Assembly: GCA_947478845.1 (NCBI GenBank)
Contig: CANJXC010000006.1
Span: 491 to 64,490, forward strand
Direction of reading: 5' to 3'
Length of the DNA: 64,000 bases
From: Spirochaetales bacterium
Lineage (GTDB): Bacteria > Spirochaetota > Spirochaetia > JABEVK01
This document shows positions 50,712 through 60,041 of this stretch, piece after piece. Below the pieces are notes generated by a model. That model made no database searches. It was not told the DNA's origin and worked only from the letters and a program-made list of their open reading frames with translations. How positions within the stretch are numbered: the stretch's first letter is position 1; every line of letters starts with the position of its first letter. Both the position numbers and the translations under genes were made by a program.

Positions 50712-50981
50712 CTAGGTCGACTCTTGAAGGGCTAGGAGCGACAGGTACGCAGCGTGGTACTTGGCCAAACGGGCCAGAACTTTGTCGTCCAGCTTCTGAA
50801 GGCGGGTCAGGGTCATGTTCTGGGCCAAATCTGCCAGCTTGATGGCCCGGGTCTCGGGTTGGGCACCGGCTCGCGCCACGTAGGCCGCATAGTCCGCTCC
50901 CTTGGGTTTGGTGAGCAGGACAACCCAACCGACTACCTGCTCCGAAAACCCTTCGGCGAGCAGGCACTGGGCTGTCCAGGG
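50712..50981 (-). pseudogene. C-terminal remnant of an HD-domain (RelA/SpoT-hydrolase-like) protein
   Basis: Hand translation: PWTAQCLLAEGFSEQVVGWVVLLTKPKGADYAAYVARAGAQPETRAIKLADLAQNMTLTRLQKLDDKVLARLAKYHAAYLSLLALQEST*. An in-frame stop lies upstream near 51000; no HD motif and no start. Confidence 0.7.
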
Positions 50982-51095
50982 AACGGCCTTTGTTGAGAGC
51001 TAAGAGTATACGCCTGTAAATACTTGTAGCCCATGAAGTTTCATTTCGCCGATGGAATGCACCGACAGCGCACCCGCGAGGGCCAATCTGAGTGC

Positions 51096-51311
51096 ATGAG
51101 ACACCGAAGGGGACCCATCATACCCATCTTGAGACGTATAGCCGTCGCCGTTGCTCTGGCGCTGATCCTCGGCTACATCCTGAAGGCCGAACAACCGGCA
51201 AGCTACTTGCCTGCAGTGGGTAATGGCCGTTATGGGCCGACTGAGCACTTTCGTTGGCCCATGGAATTTTCTCTGAAAGACACCGTCGCGACAAGGCTGA
51301 AGGTCGTATGA
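51096..51311 (+). CDS. Possible small membrane protein
   Basis: A basic N-terminus followed by one hydrophobic helix (IAVAVALALILGYIL). No clear SD. Confidence 0.3.
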   Translation: MRHRRGPIIPILRRIAVAVALALILGYILKAEQPASYLPAVGNGRYGPTEHFRWPMEFSLKDTVATRLKVV

Positions 51312-51441
51312 CTGCCAGAAGGTGGACATCAAGTGGTCGAGACGTGGTGACTACTTTGTGGTCATTGTGGGATGGGGAGTGCCGTGGTGTAATGAACTCT
51401 GACTCTTCGTACGATCTGATGCTGGACCAAGGAGGTTCGTG

Positions 51442-52161
51442 ATGGGGCGGGGTGGCTACACCGGCGGGAGTTCATCGTTCAACATCTACAAAGGCGGATT
51501 TGCTTCTCACGACCCGGCTGCGCCCGACCCTGGTGTCGAAGTTTATCGTCCTGAAGTGAAGTTTGCGAAGCGAACAGCCGCAGCTCAACAAGTCAGGATT
51601 GATCAGGCGACAAAAGACTACATCTCCAGCATCATTGTCAGCTATCAGCTAGGTTCTATCTTGCCGCCCTGTCCGCCCGAGCTTCTGTCGGTGGTACATG
51701 CATCGATCAGAAAGGCAGGCGGTCCGCTGGAGTGGGTAAGGAGTCGGCCCGAATACCGCGAGATCTACGAGAAACACAGAAAAAAGTCGGTCACTAAAGC
51801 CGGTGAGCGGTATGAGGCTGACTTCCGGAAAGCCTGGGCCCGTGGCACTAGTCTACCTGAGCTACCTCCGGTGATCGCCGAAACCTTTGCGCTTGCGATC
51901 AAAGAGAAGGGGGGAGTACTTGAATGGACTCTCCTCAAACTCGACCTCGTCAAAGCACCCACGAAGTCGGCACGCACGTTCCCACCCTTGCCCCACCCGA
52001 TCTCGCCCCAAAACATCCAAGCCTATCTCCTCGAAGTGGGCTTCGGCGACGACAAAATGGAACTTTCTGACCTCGATTTGGAAGCCCTTTCGAAGCACCT
52101 CTTGAAGAAAGGAATACGAATCCCATTGAAGGACAGAAACATCAAGAGGAGTATAACTTGA
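51442..52161 (+). CDS. Hypothetical protein with an internal tandem repeat
   Basis: AAGGAGG SD. Two 41-aa repeats ending GGxLEW. Its stop overlaps the next start (TTGA). Confidence 0.75.
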   Translation: MGRGGYTGGSSSFNIYKGGFASHDPAAPDPGVEVYRPEVKFAKRTAAAQQVRIDQATKDYISSIIVSYQLGSILPPCPPELLSVVHASIRKAGGPLEWVRSRPEYREIYEKHRKKSVTKAGERYEADFRKAWARGTSLPELPPVIAETFALAIKEKGGVLEWTLLKLDLVKAPTKSARTFPPLPHPISPQNIQAYLLEVGFGDDKMELSDLDLEALSKHLLKKGIRIPLKDRNIKRSIT

Positions 52162-52553
52162 AGGCAGCGAAGAAACCCCAGCTCGCGAGCGTTGAGCAGC
52201 TCTTCGGAATGGAACCGCCTCAGGTCCATTGTTCCATTTGCGGCAAGACCCTTTTTCCCGATATGGAGAACATCGAGGGCGTCGAAGCCTGTGAGCACTT
52301 GGCCTTCGTCTTCTACGGCATTGCCGGAGAGTATGGCCACAAGTCGTCCGCCTTTGAAGCGAAGTTCCAGCCCGTCGAAGACGACTTTGACTCGTCGGAG
52401 TCCGTGACGGCGCTCGCCCAGGCCGGCTACAAGAACGAACTCCTCGTGCTCGAGATCACCTACGGTGGAATGGGCCACGGGCCAAGCTGTTACACCGACT
52501 TGTATGGGTTCGACTTCAGTATCGAACGAACCTCGGACCAAGAAGACCAATGA
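52158..52553 (+). CDS. Small acidic hypothetical protein with a CxxC...CxH putative Zn site
   Basis: TTG start with a GAGGAG SD. HCSICGK...ACEH. Overlaps both neighbours by 4 nt. Confidence 0.75.
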   Translation: MKAAKKPQLASVEQLFGMEPPQVHCSICGKTLFPDMENIEGVEACEHLAFVFYGIAGEYGHKSSAFEAKFQPVEDDFDSSESVTALAQAGYKNELLVLEITYGGMGHGPSCYTDLYGFDFSIERTSDQEDQ

Positions 52554-55345
52554 TTTACCGGCAGATTCTTGCGCACAATCGTCTCGAAAAGCCAGATGGA
52601 AGGCCCCTCTTTCGCTACCGCGTGCCGGAGCGCCTTCTGAATCCCCTCGACCTCGAGATCCGTTCCGGTCTCAAAGGAACTCCAACTTGGGAGGGCGCCC
52701 CCCTGTTTTGCCTTTGGGCTAGTCGAAAACTTCGCTCGCTGAGTGAGGACTTGCCCGGAAACCTGTCTTGGAACCAGCTCGGTCTAGGTCGTGAGTTTCC
52801 TCGAAGCCTCTTGGTTGGTTGGGCTGATCTCGGCCTGGAACGTTTGAAAAGGCCGATTGCAAAGAACGTCTCGGACGCCCACCTAAGGCTGCATACTCTC
52901 TTCCTCGAAGGTGGAGTGCCACTTCGTCAACTGCAACGGGATCTTTGGACGCAAGTGAAGACCCTCTTCACCTCGTTTCGTCCCCTTGGAACCGGTGCGA
53001 CCTTGGCTCACATACACGGTCGAGTAACCGAAAGCCTTCCCGATCTTCCACCTCTCAAGCTTCAGGCCCTCACGATCTTCTTGCGCGGGCTCGTTCAGCT
53101 GGATCAGGATGTGAGTTTTCAGCGATCGCTACCGAGCAACTGGGACGAGGCGACCGTTGCTAAGGCCTCGAGCCTCCTTAATGTCGAACTGCCTTCCGAT
53201 TTGGCTTGGCTGGATGCCCTGCTCCGCGAGACCCCGAGAGAGACCCGAAGGCGTACCTGTGGTGGTCTGTGGCTCGTCGAGGGTGTTCACTCCGGGGACG
53301 TGAAGTTGCTCTTTCAGCCTGACCTTCCAAGACGGCTTTCTCAGGGTGAGCTCACAGCGGACGTTTGGCTCCACCTGGTTTCAGACGGGAAGCGCACTTT
53401 TGTAGGTCGCTATGAAAAAACGGGTGAGGGACCGCTCCTCCAAGACCAGCGCCCTGTTGAGTTTGAACCGTCAAAGTCCTGGAACTCGGTTCGGCTCTTG
53501 GCGGAAGATGAAGACGACGAACCAGTTCGCTCGCCCGTTCAGCTTAAAGGTTTTGAAACCCCGAGTTTCCCTCTTGTCGCGCGCCGTGCTGACCTTTCGG
53601 CGACACGTTGGCTAGTCGTCCCCGCAAACTGGAAGCTCGTACAGGAAGGGCAAGCTCTCCTTCCAAGGGGTTCCTGGCTTGTCGCACCGTTTGAGCCCTC
53701 GGTTCAGATCTTCGACCCAGATGGGCAGCTCTTTGCGGTACCTGAACGAGAGGCTAAGCCGATTCCTCCCCTTGAAGGCTGGGAATCCCTGGAAGGGGTC
53801 CTTTTCGCAGGAAAGCCGGTTCGGACAAAGCTACCCCGAGAGATCACTGGTTGGGTTAAGGATCGAACCGAGGGACTTGTTACCTTTCGTTTCCTGGACG
53901 CAGAGGGCCGCACCAAGAGTCGCCAGCAGGAGGTTGTCCTTCCGGGTCTCTCCGTCGAAGGTAGGGTCTATCCCGCGGCCACGGCCCAAGAGCTTGCTAA
54001 GGTTCTCTGGACTGTTCGTCTTCCCTCGCCTTGGCATTTTGCCGAAACCGCCCGGGATCAGGGCGACGAAAAGGGCGTCTTCAAGTTTCGTACCGACTTC
54101 CGACAAGACCACGGAGACGAGGCTGGTGAACGTTTTCTTGTTACCGACGGTCTTCAGACTCTCACCTTGACTGCCTTTGCCTCGCCGCAGCTCTTCCTAT
54201 GCGAAACGGCCAACGCTCCGTTGCTTCAGGTCCACGAGTCGACCGTTTGGGAACAAGACCTCGTAGACCGCTGGTGGCTCTTCAAAACGAAGCGCGTGCG
54301 GGACCTGGTCGTCAATGATGAGGCTTTCGACCTCGATGTGCCCGAAGACGTCTCTTCGCGTCCAGGGCAGCTCTTGCTTCGGTCGTTTTCTGATCGCCTT
54401 CCCGTTCAGCCACACCCGACGGACCCCCTACGGAGTTTCCGTCAGCTTCGCTTGTTGGTACGTTCCAAGACCGTGGTGCACGCCGCTGGTTACCACGAGG
54501 AGTTACAGATAACGATCGAGAGTCACGCAATCGGTCTCGCTAGGTCGGCCTTGTTCCCCCTGGGGGAAGGTTTAAAGGTTCGAATCAACGCAGAGGGGTT
54601 GAGTCAACGCGAGCAGCCACCAGTCTTGCAGGTTCTTGCACTCTGGAACCCGAAAGCCGAGCCTCTGGTTCTCGCCCAGGAGGCCGACACTTATTGGCTT
54701 CCCGACGGCTGGCAGAATTATCCTGAAGGCATGTACTTACTCTATTGTGAGGCTCAGCCTAACTGGTTCCGGCCGGCCCTCTTTCCTCTCAACTCGGGGA
54801 GGACTTACGTTGGAGACTTGTCCCCCATGCAGCGGATTGCCCATGGGGAGGAGCTTGCTGAGCGACTCAAGGCCCTTCCCGCAGGAGAGGACAACTTCTA
54901 CAACCTCTCCCTTAAGGCATATTCAGAGCTCTTCCAGACCCTGCGCAACGATCCTGATAGCCCTGAATGGCTGACCCTTTGGCACACCCTTGGTCGTTTC
55001 GTGGCCTTTGGAACAGAGTTCCTTTTTCAGATCAAAGTGCTCCGCGAGCTCCTTCAGACCCCTGGGGAGGCGTCGGTTTCGGGCTTCCTCGGCCTTTTAT
55101 GGGCGGTGCGCGCAGGGTTTCTGGCGACCGGCGAAGCCGACTTGCCGGCCCATCGCCTAAATCGTCTCCTGAACAAGACCGAACGACCAGTGTTTGTCGA
55201 CTTCAAACTCAAACATCTAGCGACTAACTCTCAACTCGCTGGAGCTTTTGTTCAGGCTGTGGACCTTCTCCCAGAAACCTGGGTAGAAGGCCAAACCAGT
55301 CTCAAGGAAGTTCTAGCGGTTGTACGTCCGGAGGCCCACCCATGA
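52550..55345 (+). CDS. druH: DruH-like (STY4851/ECs_5259-type) protein
   Basis: The N-terminus KPDGRPLFRYR...LFCLWAS...SW...GL..L.RP...LHTLFLEGGVP matches the family as I recall it. It lies directly upstream of, and is coupled to, a DUF1998 helicase, the Druantia type III arrangement. Confidence 0.65.
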   Translation: MIYRQILAHNRLEKPDGRPLFRYRVPERLLNPLDLEIRSGLKGTPTWEGAPLFCLWASRKLRSLSEDLPGNLSWNQLGLGREFPRSLLVGWADLGLERLKRPIAKNVSDAHLRLHTLFLEGGVPLRQLQRDLWTQVKTLFTSFRPLGTGATLAHIHGRVTESLPDLPPLKLQALTIFLRGLVQLDQDVSFQRSLPSNWDEATVAKASSLLNVELPSDLAWLDALLRETPRETRRRTCGGLWLVEGVHSGDVKLLFQPDLPRRLSQGELTADVWLHLVSDGKRTFVGRYEKTGEGPLLQDQRPVEFEPSKSWNSVRLLAEDEDDEPVRSPVQLKGFETPSFPLVARRADLSATRWLVVPANWKLVQEGQALLPRGSWLVAPFEPSVQIFDPDGQLFAVPEREAKPIPPLEGWESLEGVLFAGKPVRTKLPREITGWVKDRTEGLVTFRFLDAEGRTKSRQQEVVLPGLSVEGRVYPAATAQELAKVLWTVRLPSPWHFAETARDQGDEKGVFKFRTDFRQDHGDEAGERFLVTDGLQTLTLTAFASPQLFLCETANAPLLQVHESTVWEQDLVDRWWLFKTKRVRDLVVNDEAFDLDVPEDVSSRPGQLLLRSFSDRLPVQPHPTDPLRSFRQLRLLVRSKTVVHAAGYHEELQITIESHAIGLARSALFPLGEGLKVRINAEGLSQREQPPVLQVLALWNPKAEPLVLAQEADTYWLPDGWQNYPEGMYLLYCEAQPNWFRPALFPLNSGRTYVGDLSPMQRIAHGEELAERLKALPAGEDNFYNLSLKAYSELFQTLRNDPDSPEWLTLWHTLGRFVAFGTEFLFQIKVLRELLQTPGEASVSGFLGLLWAVRAGFLATGEADLPAHRLNRLLNKTERPVFVDFKLKHLATNSQLAGAFVQAVDLLPETWVEGQTSLKEVLAVVRPEAHP

Positions 55346-58300
55346 ACCCTTTACTTGCTTTCCCCTCGGAACTCCGCAAGACTCTTGCGGAGGCAATTCT
55401 CTCCGACTGGAAACTCCGCAACGCCGACCTCGCCAACTGGCTGAAAACAGAGTTTACGAAAGAGGCCGGCTCTGACCTGTCATTGCTGGGTGAACCCCTC
55501 CTCAAGGCGCTTTTCGGCTATCGCCCCTACGAGAGATCCATGCGGCAGCTCGTGGACGACGGTTTGCTTAGCCGAAATCTTTTTGAGAAAGTGCCCCGCC
55601 TTCTCGGCGGTCTTGACAACTCAATGGCAAGACCGTACTCCCATCAGGGGGAGGCTTGGGCTTCGCTGCTAGCTCCAGAGCCAAGAGCCACGCTTCTCAG
55701 TGCCGGTACCGCCGCAGGCAAGACGCAGGCCTTTATGGTTCCCATCGTCAACTCCCTCGTCAGGCAACTTGAGGAGCGAGGTGAGGTGGAACAAGGAGTG
55801 CAGGCCTTGATCTTGTACCCGCTAAACGCCCTCATTGAGGACCAGCAACAACGGTTGACCGGCTACCTGAAACCGTTTCAAGGGGAACTTCGCTTCAGCC
55901 GCTGGAATGGTCTGACCCCGGAACAGGTCTCGAGGGCGGAACAAGCCAAGGTTCCGTGGGAAGTGTTGGACCGCTTCGGCATGCGTAACAGTCCTGCCTC
56001 GATTCTTATCACGAACATCACCATGCTCGAGTACCTCCTACTTCGGGACCAAGACGCTCCGATTTTGGCCAAGTCTCAAGGCAAACTTAAGTACGTTGTC
56101 GTTGACGAGGCACACAACTATCAGGGGGCTCAGGCCGAAGAATTGGCCCTTTTGCTCAAGCGCGTCCTTGATGCCTTCGGGGTAACTCCAAACGAGGTCC
56201 GTTTCTCAGCGTTCTCGGCTACCCTGGGGGATCGGACCAAGCCGGAGCCTCTCAGGAATTTTCTTCGGAACCTCTCTGGACGCACGGACTCTCGCCTCGA
56301 CGTGATCCATGACTCGCCCGTGTTCGTATCCCCCACGCTTGAGCCCAGCAACCCGTTCCTTCCTTGGACCCAAGCTCTTGAAGCCGCAGACAGCCATGCG
56401 GTTTTCGTCAAGGATTTACCGATTCTTTCCCAGACGAACGACCAGAAACCGCTCGAACTGCTGACCACCTTCACCCAAAAGGCGCCGGTGGGCACAGGTC
56501 TCAGCCTGCGCCTGAATCTCTTCGTGAAGACCTTGCCAGGACTCTTCGCCTGTTCCAATGCGAGCTGCCCGAGCCGACCTCCCGTGCCCTCCTGGAAGTA
56601 CGGTCAATTCTTGTCGGAACAACGTGAGACTTGCCCAGTTTGTTCTTACCCGGTTGGCCAAGTTGTGCGCTGCGGCTCCTGTGGCGAACCCCATCTCGCC
56701 CTTGCTGAAGACCCCGATGCGGCCGGGAAGCCGCACCTCAAGGCCCTAGGCGTGCCCTTCAAGACACTTGCGGAGGAGGAGGAGCAGGATGAGGAGCTCG
56801 ACCTCGATCCCGGGGTACTCCGCCTTCTGGGGCCTCCCCGTTCTGACAACTGTCGGTATCTTGAAGCGTCGGGTCGCGTATTCTCCACACCTTCAAAGGG
56901 CACACCCATCGCCTACGAGCTATATCTGGACTCCAACAAGAAGAACCAGCCGAGTTGCCTTGGTTGTTCGGCTAGGGGACTCCGACATTTCTCGCCCTTG
57001 AGGGCGGATGAGCCCTTTCTGCTCAATCAGTTTCCCTCGGCCGTTCTGAAGGTTTCCTCTCCTTCGTTGGCGGCCAGTAGTGAGGATCTTCCTTGGCAAG
57101 GAAGACGAGCGCTAAGTTTCACCGATGCCCGTCAAAAGACGGCACGCTACGCGCTCAACGCTCGCCTCGACGCGGAACGTAACTGGGTAAGACAGTGGCT
57201 TCTGCGGTTCTTGGCGTTGAAGGGTGGTCGTACGCCTAGAGTTCTCATCAATGCCCTGGACCTCGAATTGCAGAAGCCAACACGCGCGTACCTTCGAGAG
57301 TACTATCAGCCTGCACTCACGAGCCCACGGGATCTTGCCACCGTTCTGGTTCTTCGAGAACTTGGGCGTCGCTCGCTCCGGGGGACAAACCTCGAGGCCC
57401 TCGGACTTCTAGCTCTCGACTTCCCCGAACTTCAGGAGGTAGTCCTTCCGGTCGTCGCCGCCGAACTCCAGGTGGACCTCGCAAATTGGCGTCAGTTCCT
57501 TGCCGTTTTTCTCACAACAAGGGTTCGCACCAACTGGTGGCTGGACCTCGACGAGTTGGACTCGGCCACCGAGTGGCTCCAGGCCTACGTGACCTACAAT
57601 CGGCAACGCCCCCTTCTCAAGAGTTTCGTTCCGGAGGACTGCTCCTTCGTAAACAAGACTACCCAGAAGGCCAATTCCTACGGCGAACTTCTGTTTGGGA
57701 TGGACACGCAAGTTCTCGAAGACGAGACCGTTCACGAACGCTTAAAGCATGCGGTTTTTGATAGTTTGAAGTCCGTCTGCAATCTTGGGCTCGACAACGG
57801 GCTTCGACTGGATTTCCTCAACAAAGTCTCGGTTCGTCTTTTACCGGAGTTCTGGTACGGCACTGGTTTCGGTGAGGTGGTTTCCGAGACGGTCCAAGGG
57901 CGACATCCTCTCTTTGGTCGGGGCGAGCCAAAGAAACTGGCGTGGAACCTCGATTTTCCCAACCTGTTTCACAGCAGGGCGCAGGAACTGGAACCTTCCG
58001 TGGAGGCCCGCCTGACGGAACTCCGCGAGTTAGGGTTTTGGAACCACTATCACCAACGGCTCCTAACTGGAACCCACGACTTCGTCGTTCAGGAACACAG
58101 CGCCCAGATTCCACCGGCGGAGCTCAAAGTGAGAAACCAAGGCTTTCGGGACGGAACGATCAACTACTTGTTCTGTACTACGACCATGGAAATGGGCGTC
58201 GATATAGGCGAGCTGAACGCGGTAGTCATGAACAACGTACCGCCGCTCCCCGGCAACTATCAGCAGCGCGCCGGGCGCGCGGGTCGCGCCGGTCAACCCG

Positions 58301-59988
58301 TCTCGCTTGCCCTTACCTTGTGTCCGCCACGTCCGCTCGCGCTGCAACTCTACCAGAACCCCCGCTGGCTTCTCGGCCCGACGAAGGTCCCTCAGGTAAG
58401 GTTCCGCTCTCGTGAAGTCGTTTTTCGGCAGTTCCGTGCTTTGGCCCTAGGCCTTTGGGTTCGAGAGACGAACACGCACGACCCTTGGAAGAGCGTCAAG
58501 GACTTCTTTTTAGCTGATTCAGGCGTTGAAAGCCGCAGCGAAACGTTTCTGGCCTGGCTTTCAGCTCCTCCCGAAAAAGCAAAACTCCAACTATCAGACT
58601 TCCTCAACGGGACGCCCTTTGACGGCCTCTCCACCTTAGCAACTCGTCTGGCAGGCGAGAACCTACAAGAAGTTGCCGAGGCCTGGACTTCGTTGCGGGT
58701 ACGCCTTGAGCAGGACCTGCTCACGGTAAAGCGGGAAGGCAACTCAAAGGCAGAAGGTGCGGTCAACAGTCGGCTTCAGGCGGTTGAGGGTGAGAATCTG
58801 ATCGTGCATCTCTGCAGGCAGCTTTTCCTTCCTAGCTATGGCTTTCCGACCCGCGTCGTGGAACTCGAACTCCCCAAGACGTATTACGCTGGGACAGGGG
58901 GGCGTGGCCACCAAAGAGGTGGAGAGGGCCCCAGTCGCTCCCTCTCGATGGCCCTTCGCGAATACGCACCCAGCGCGAGCGTGCTTCTCGATCAGCACAA
59001 TTTCCGCGTCGCAGGAGTTCTCCCGAAGAGCCGGTTTCAAGCCGACAGCAAACTGCCCATCGTCAAGAACGACGTCTGGTATTGTTTGAACTGCGGCACT
59101 TCGGGGGATGGCTTTCTCGAGACGTGTCCGGTCTGCGCCAAACCCGTTGAGCATGTGGCCTATCTAGAACCTCAAGGGTTCTCCGTCGATGAGGCCCGGC
59201 CCCTGGTACCCTTGGACGAGGATTCGCAACGCGGGACCGTAGAGGTTCGGCCCCTATTGCCGACGGACGGAAAGGCCAGTGCTCGGTACTCCTCTGCCGA
59301 CAACAGACTCGTACTAGACCTGTACCAAGAAGGCTCTGGTCGCGTGTTCCAGGCCAATCGTGGCCTTGGCAAGCGCCCCTTTTTCTCGGGCTTCATCTAC
59401 TGCTGGGATTGTCATAGAGCGGTGCTCCATACCCCCGGTTCGGCGTGGCGCGAGGAGTTTACCCTAAACACTGCGGGCCGGCACTACCACCTCACAAAGC
59501 CCGGTCAGTTCTGCAAAGCCAGCGAGAACCAACTGCACCTGAAGATGTCACTGGGCTTCGTCATGAAGACTGACGTCTTGGTCTTTCGGGGTTCAAGCTT
59601 GTGGGGCGAGGACGAAGTTGTTGCCTGGACTCTCGGCGAAGCTCTTCGCGAAGTCCTGGCCCAAGACCTCAGCATCGTTGTCGATGATCTCGGTTTGGAA
59701 CTGGTGGCCTGGGAAGGGCAACTGGTCGTAGTCTTCTTCGATAGCCAAGAAGGGGGAGCGGGGCTAGTGGCCCAGATCCCGGAACTGTTGCCGAGCCTGT
59801 GGACTCGAGCCCTTAGGTTGCTTTCGTGTCGAGACGCGACCGACCAAGGCTGCGACGTTGTGTGTCACCACTGTCTGCTTTCAAGTCACACGCAGTTTCG
59901 TGCCGATCAGAGGCTGCTCGATCGCAAGAAGGGCCTTGCGGCCTTGCGAAGCTGGACGCCGGACCAGCTCAAGAAGGAGGTTTTGTGA
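55342..59988 (+). CDS. druE: Large SF2 DEAH helicase with Zn-finger inserts and a C-terminal DUF1998 (DruE-like)
   Basis: Q motif PYSHQ, GTAAGKT, YPLNALIEDQ, TNITMLEYLLLR, DEAH, SATLG, FTDARQ, EHSAQ, TTTMEMGVDIG, YQQRAGRAGR. DUF1998 reads FDSQEGGAG...C...C..VCHHCL. Confidence 0.85.
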   Translation: MNPLLAFPSELRKTLAEAILSDWKLRNADLANWLKTEFTKEAGSDLSLLGEPLLKALFGYRPYERSMRQLVDDGLLSRNLFEKVPRLLGGLDNSMARPYSHQGEAWASLLAPEPRATLLSAGTAAGKTQAFMVPIVNSLVRQLEERGEVEQGVQALILYPLNALIEDQQQRLTGYLKPFQGELRFSRWNGLTPEQVSRAEQAKVPWEVLDRFGMRNSPASILITNITMLEYLLLRDQDAPILAKSQGKLKYVVVDEAHNYQGAQAEELALLLKRVLDAFGVTPNEVRFSAFSATLGDRTKPEPLRNFLRNLSGRTDSRLDVIHDSPVFVSPTLEPSNPFLPWTQALEAADSHAVFVKDLPILSQTNDQKPLELLTTFTQKAPVGTGLSLRLNLFVKTLPGLFACSNASCPSRPPVPSWKYGQFLSEQRETCPVCSYPVGQVVRCGSCGEPHLALAEDPDAAGKPHLKALGVPFKTLAEEEEQDEELDLDPGVLRLLGPPRSDNCRYLEASGRVFSTPSKGTPIAYELYLDSNKKNQPSCLGCSARGLRHFSPLRADEPFLLNQFPSAVLKVSSPSLAASSEDLPWQGRRALSFTDARQKTARYALNARLDAERNWVRQWLLRFLALKGGRTPRVLINALDLELQKPTRAYLREYYQPALTSPRDLATVLVLRELGRRSLRGTNLEALGLLALDFPELQEVVLPVVAAELQVDLANWRQFLAVFLTTRVRTNWWLDLDELDSATEWLQAYVTYNRQRPLLKSFVPEDCSFVNKTTQKANSYGELLFGMDTQVLEDETVHERLKHAVFDSLKSVCNLGLDNGLRLDFLNKVSVRLLPEFWYGTGFGEVVSETVQGRHPLFGRGEPKKLAWNLDFPNLFHSRAQELEPSVEARLTELRELGFWNHYHQRLLTGTHDFVVQEHSAQIPPAELKVRNQGFRDGTINYLFCTTTMEMGVDIGELNAVVMNNVPPLPGNYQQRAGRAGRAGQPVSLALTLCPPRPLALQLYQNPRWLLGPTKVPQVRFRSREVVFRQFRALALGLWVRETNTHDPWKSVKDFFLADSGVESRSETFLAWLSAPPEKAKLQLSDFLNGTPFDGLSTLATRLAGENLQEVAEAWTSLRVRLEQDLLTVKREGNSKAEGAVNSRLQAVEGENLIVHLCRQLFLPSYGFPTRVVELELPKTYYAGTGGRGHQRGGEGPSRSLSMALREYAPSASVLLDQHNFRVAGVLPKSRFQADSKLPIVKNDVWYCLNCGTSGDGFLETCPVCAKPVEHVAYLEPQGFSVDEARPLVPLDEDSQRGTVEVRPLLPTDGKASARYSSADNRLVLDLYQEGSGRVFQANRGLGKRPFFSGFIYCWDCHRAVLHTPGSAWREEFTLNTAGRHYHLTKPGQFCKASENQLHLKMSLGFVMKTDVLVFRGSSLWGEDEVVAWTLGEALREVLAQDLSIVVDDLGLELVAWEGQLVVVFFDSQEGGAGLVAQIPELLPSLWTRALRLLSCRDATDQGCDVVCHHCLLSSHTQFRADQRLLDRKKGLAALRSWTPDQLKKEVL

Positions 59989-60041
59989 CCCAAGCCTTTC
60001 ACTCGCAGTGCGATCCATGCTGGAATGGTGCCCATGGCTAA
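59985..60041 (+). other. 18-codon mini-ORF bridging the helicase stop and the res start
   Basis: AAGGAGG SD plus a GTG overlapping the helicase TGA. Its TAA (60039-60041) lies inside ATGGCTAA of res. Confidence 0.45.
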
